In this document: positions 63,844 to 64,000 of the stretch, one piece after another
Layout of the letters: each line of letters begins with the position of its first letter
Position numbering within the stretch: the stretch's first letter is position 1
Assembly (NCBI GenBank): GCA_046563655.1
Contig: JAJCTO010000011.1
Coordinates: 310,001 to 374,000, forward strand
Direction: 5' to 3'
Length of the DNA: 64,000 nt
DNA from: Yuukianura sp. NJ FZ-2021
Taxonomy: Eukaryota
Translations under genes and position numbers: made by a program
The notes under the pieces: model-generated
Seen by the model: only the letters and a program-made list of their open reading frames with translations
Databases searched by the model: none
What the model was told of the DNA's origin: nothing

Positions 63844-64000
63844 GTAGTAGCTAGGATAGGACTTTCACGTCAAATCGACCTTTGGACCCATAAGGTTTTA
63901 AACCCACTGACGTGAGATCCAAGTAGGACAAGTCCTGAAGGACAAATTAAGGACAAATTAGTTAAGACTAATTAACACTTCATGGGACCAGCATGAACAT
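63844..64000. other. Start of unidentified non-satellite sequence (insertion or end of the array), truncated by the window
   Basis: SatB breaks abruptly after aaaaccatgccgga. The following sequence matches nothing else in the window and contains aggacaaatta twice plus short inverted repeats. Confidence 0.6.

Noticed and set aside
63858..63936. Hammerhead-like three-way junction on the minus strand (stem, GAAA, stem)
   Set aside because: The required CUGANGA core is absent. The ctgataac/ctgatgac words in SatB likewise lack stem II and GAAA.

Overview
Eukaryotic satellite DNA, probably invertebrate, with no host genes. The window spans a direct junction at ~14,880 between two tandem arrays: a ~494-bp satellite (SatA, 1-14,878, roughly 25 monomers) and a 269/270/271-bp satellite (SatB, ~14,886-63,843, roughly 157 monomers with shifting higher-order repeats). 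SatA carries three copies of a ~555-bp tRNA-derived SINE, all at the same monomer position with the same 13-bp TSD; copy 1 hosts a nested PIF/Harbinger-type MITE (TAA TSD). SatB carries a 2.4-kb non-coding LTR element (TG..CA LTRs, ATAC TSD, tRNA-Arg PBS) and an apparently full-length 4.1-kb CRE-like non-LTR retrotransposon (RT, CCHC, RLE; 12-bp TSD). An unidentified sequence starts at ~63,844. The most notable observation is that the CRE-like ORF has no recognisable N-terminal C2H2 zinc finger or Myb domain. It instead has a 13-aa tandem repeat tract followed by an apparent RFX-type winged-helix DNA-binding domain. All family and domain calls are by eye from motif recognition; no searches were run. 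The short ORFs in the track are repeat artefacts or shadow frames.
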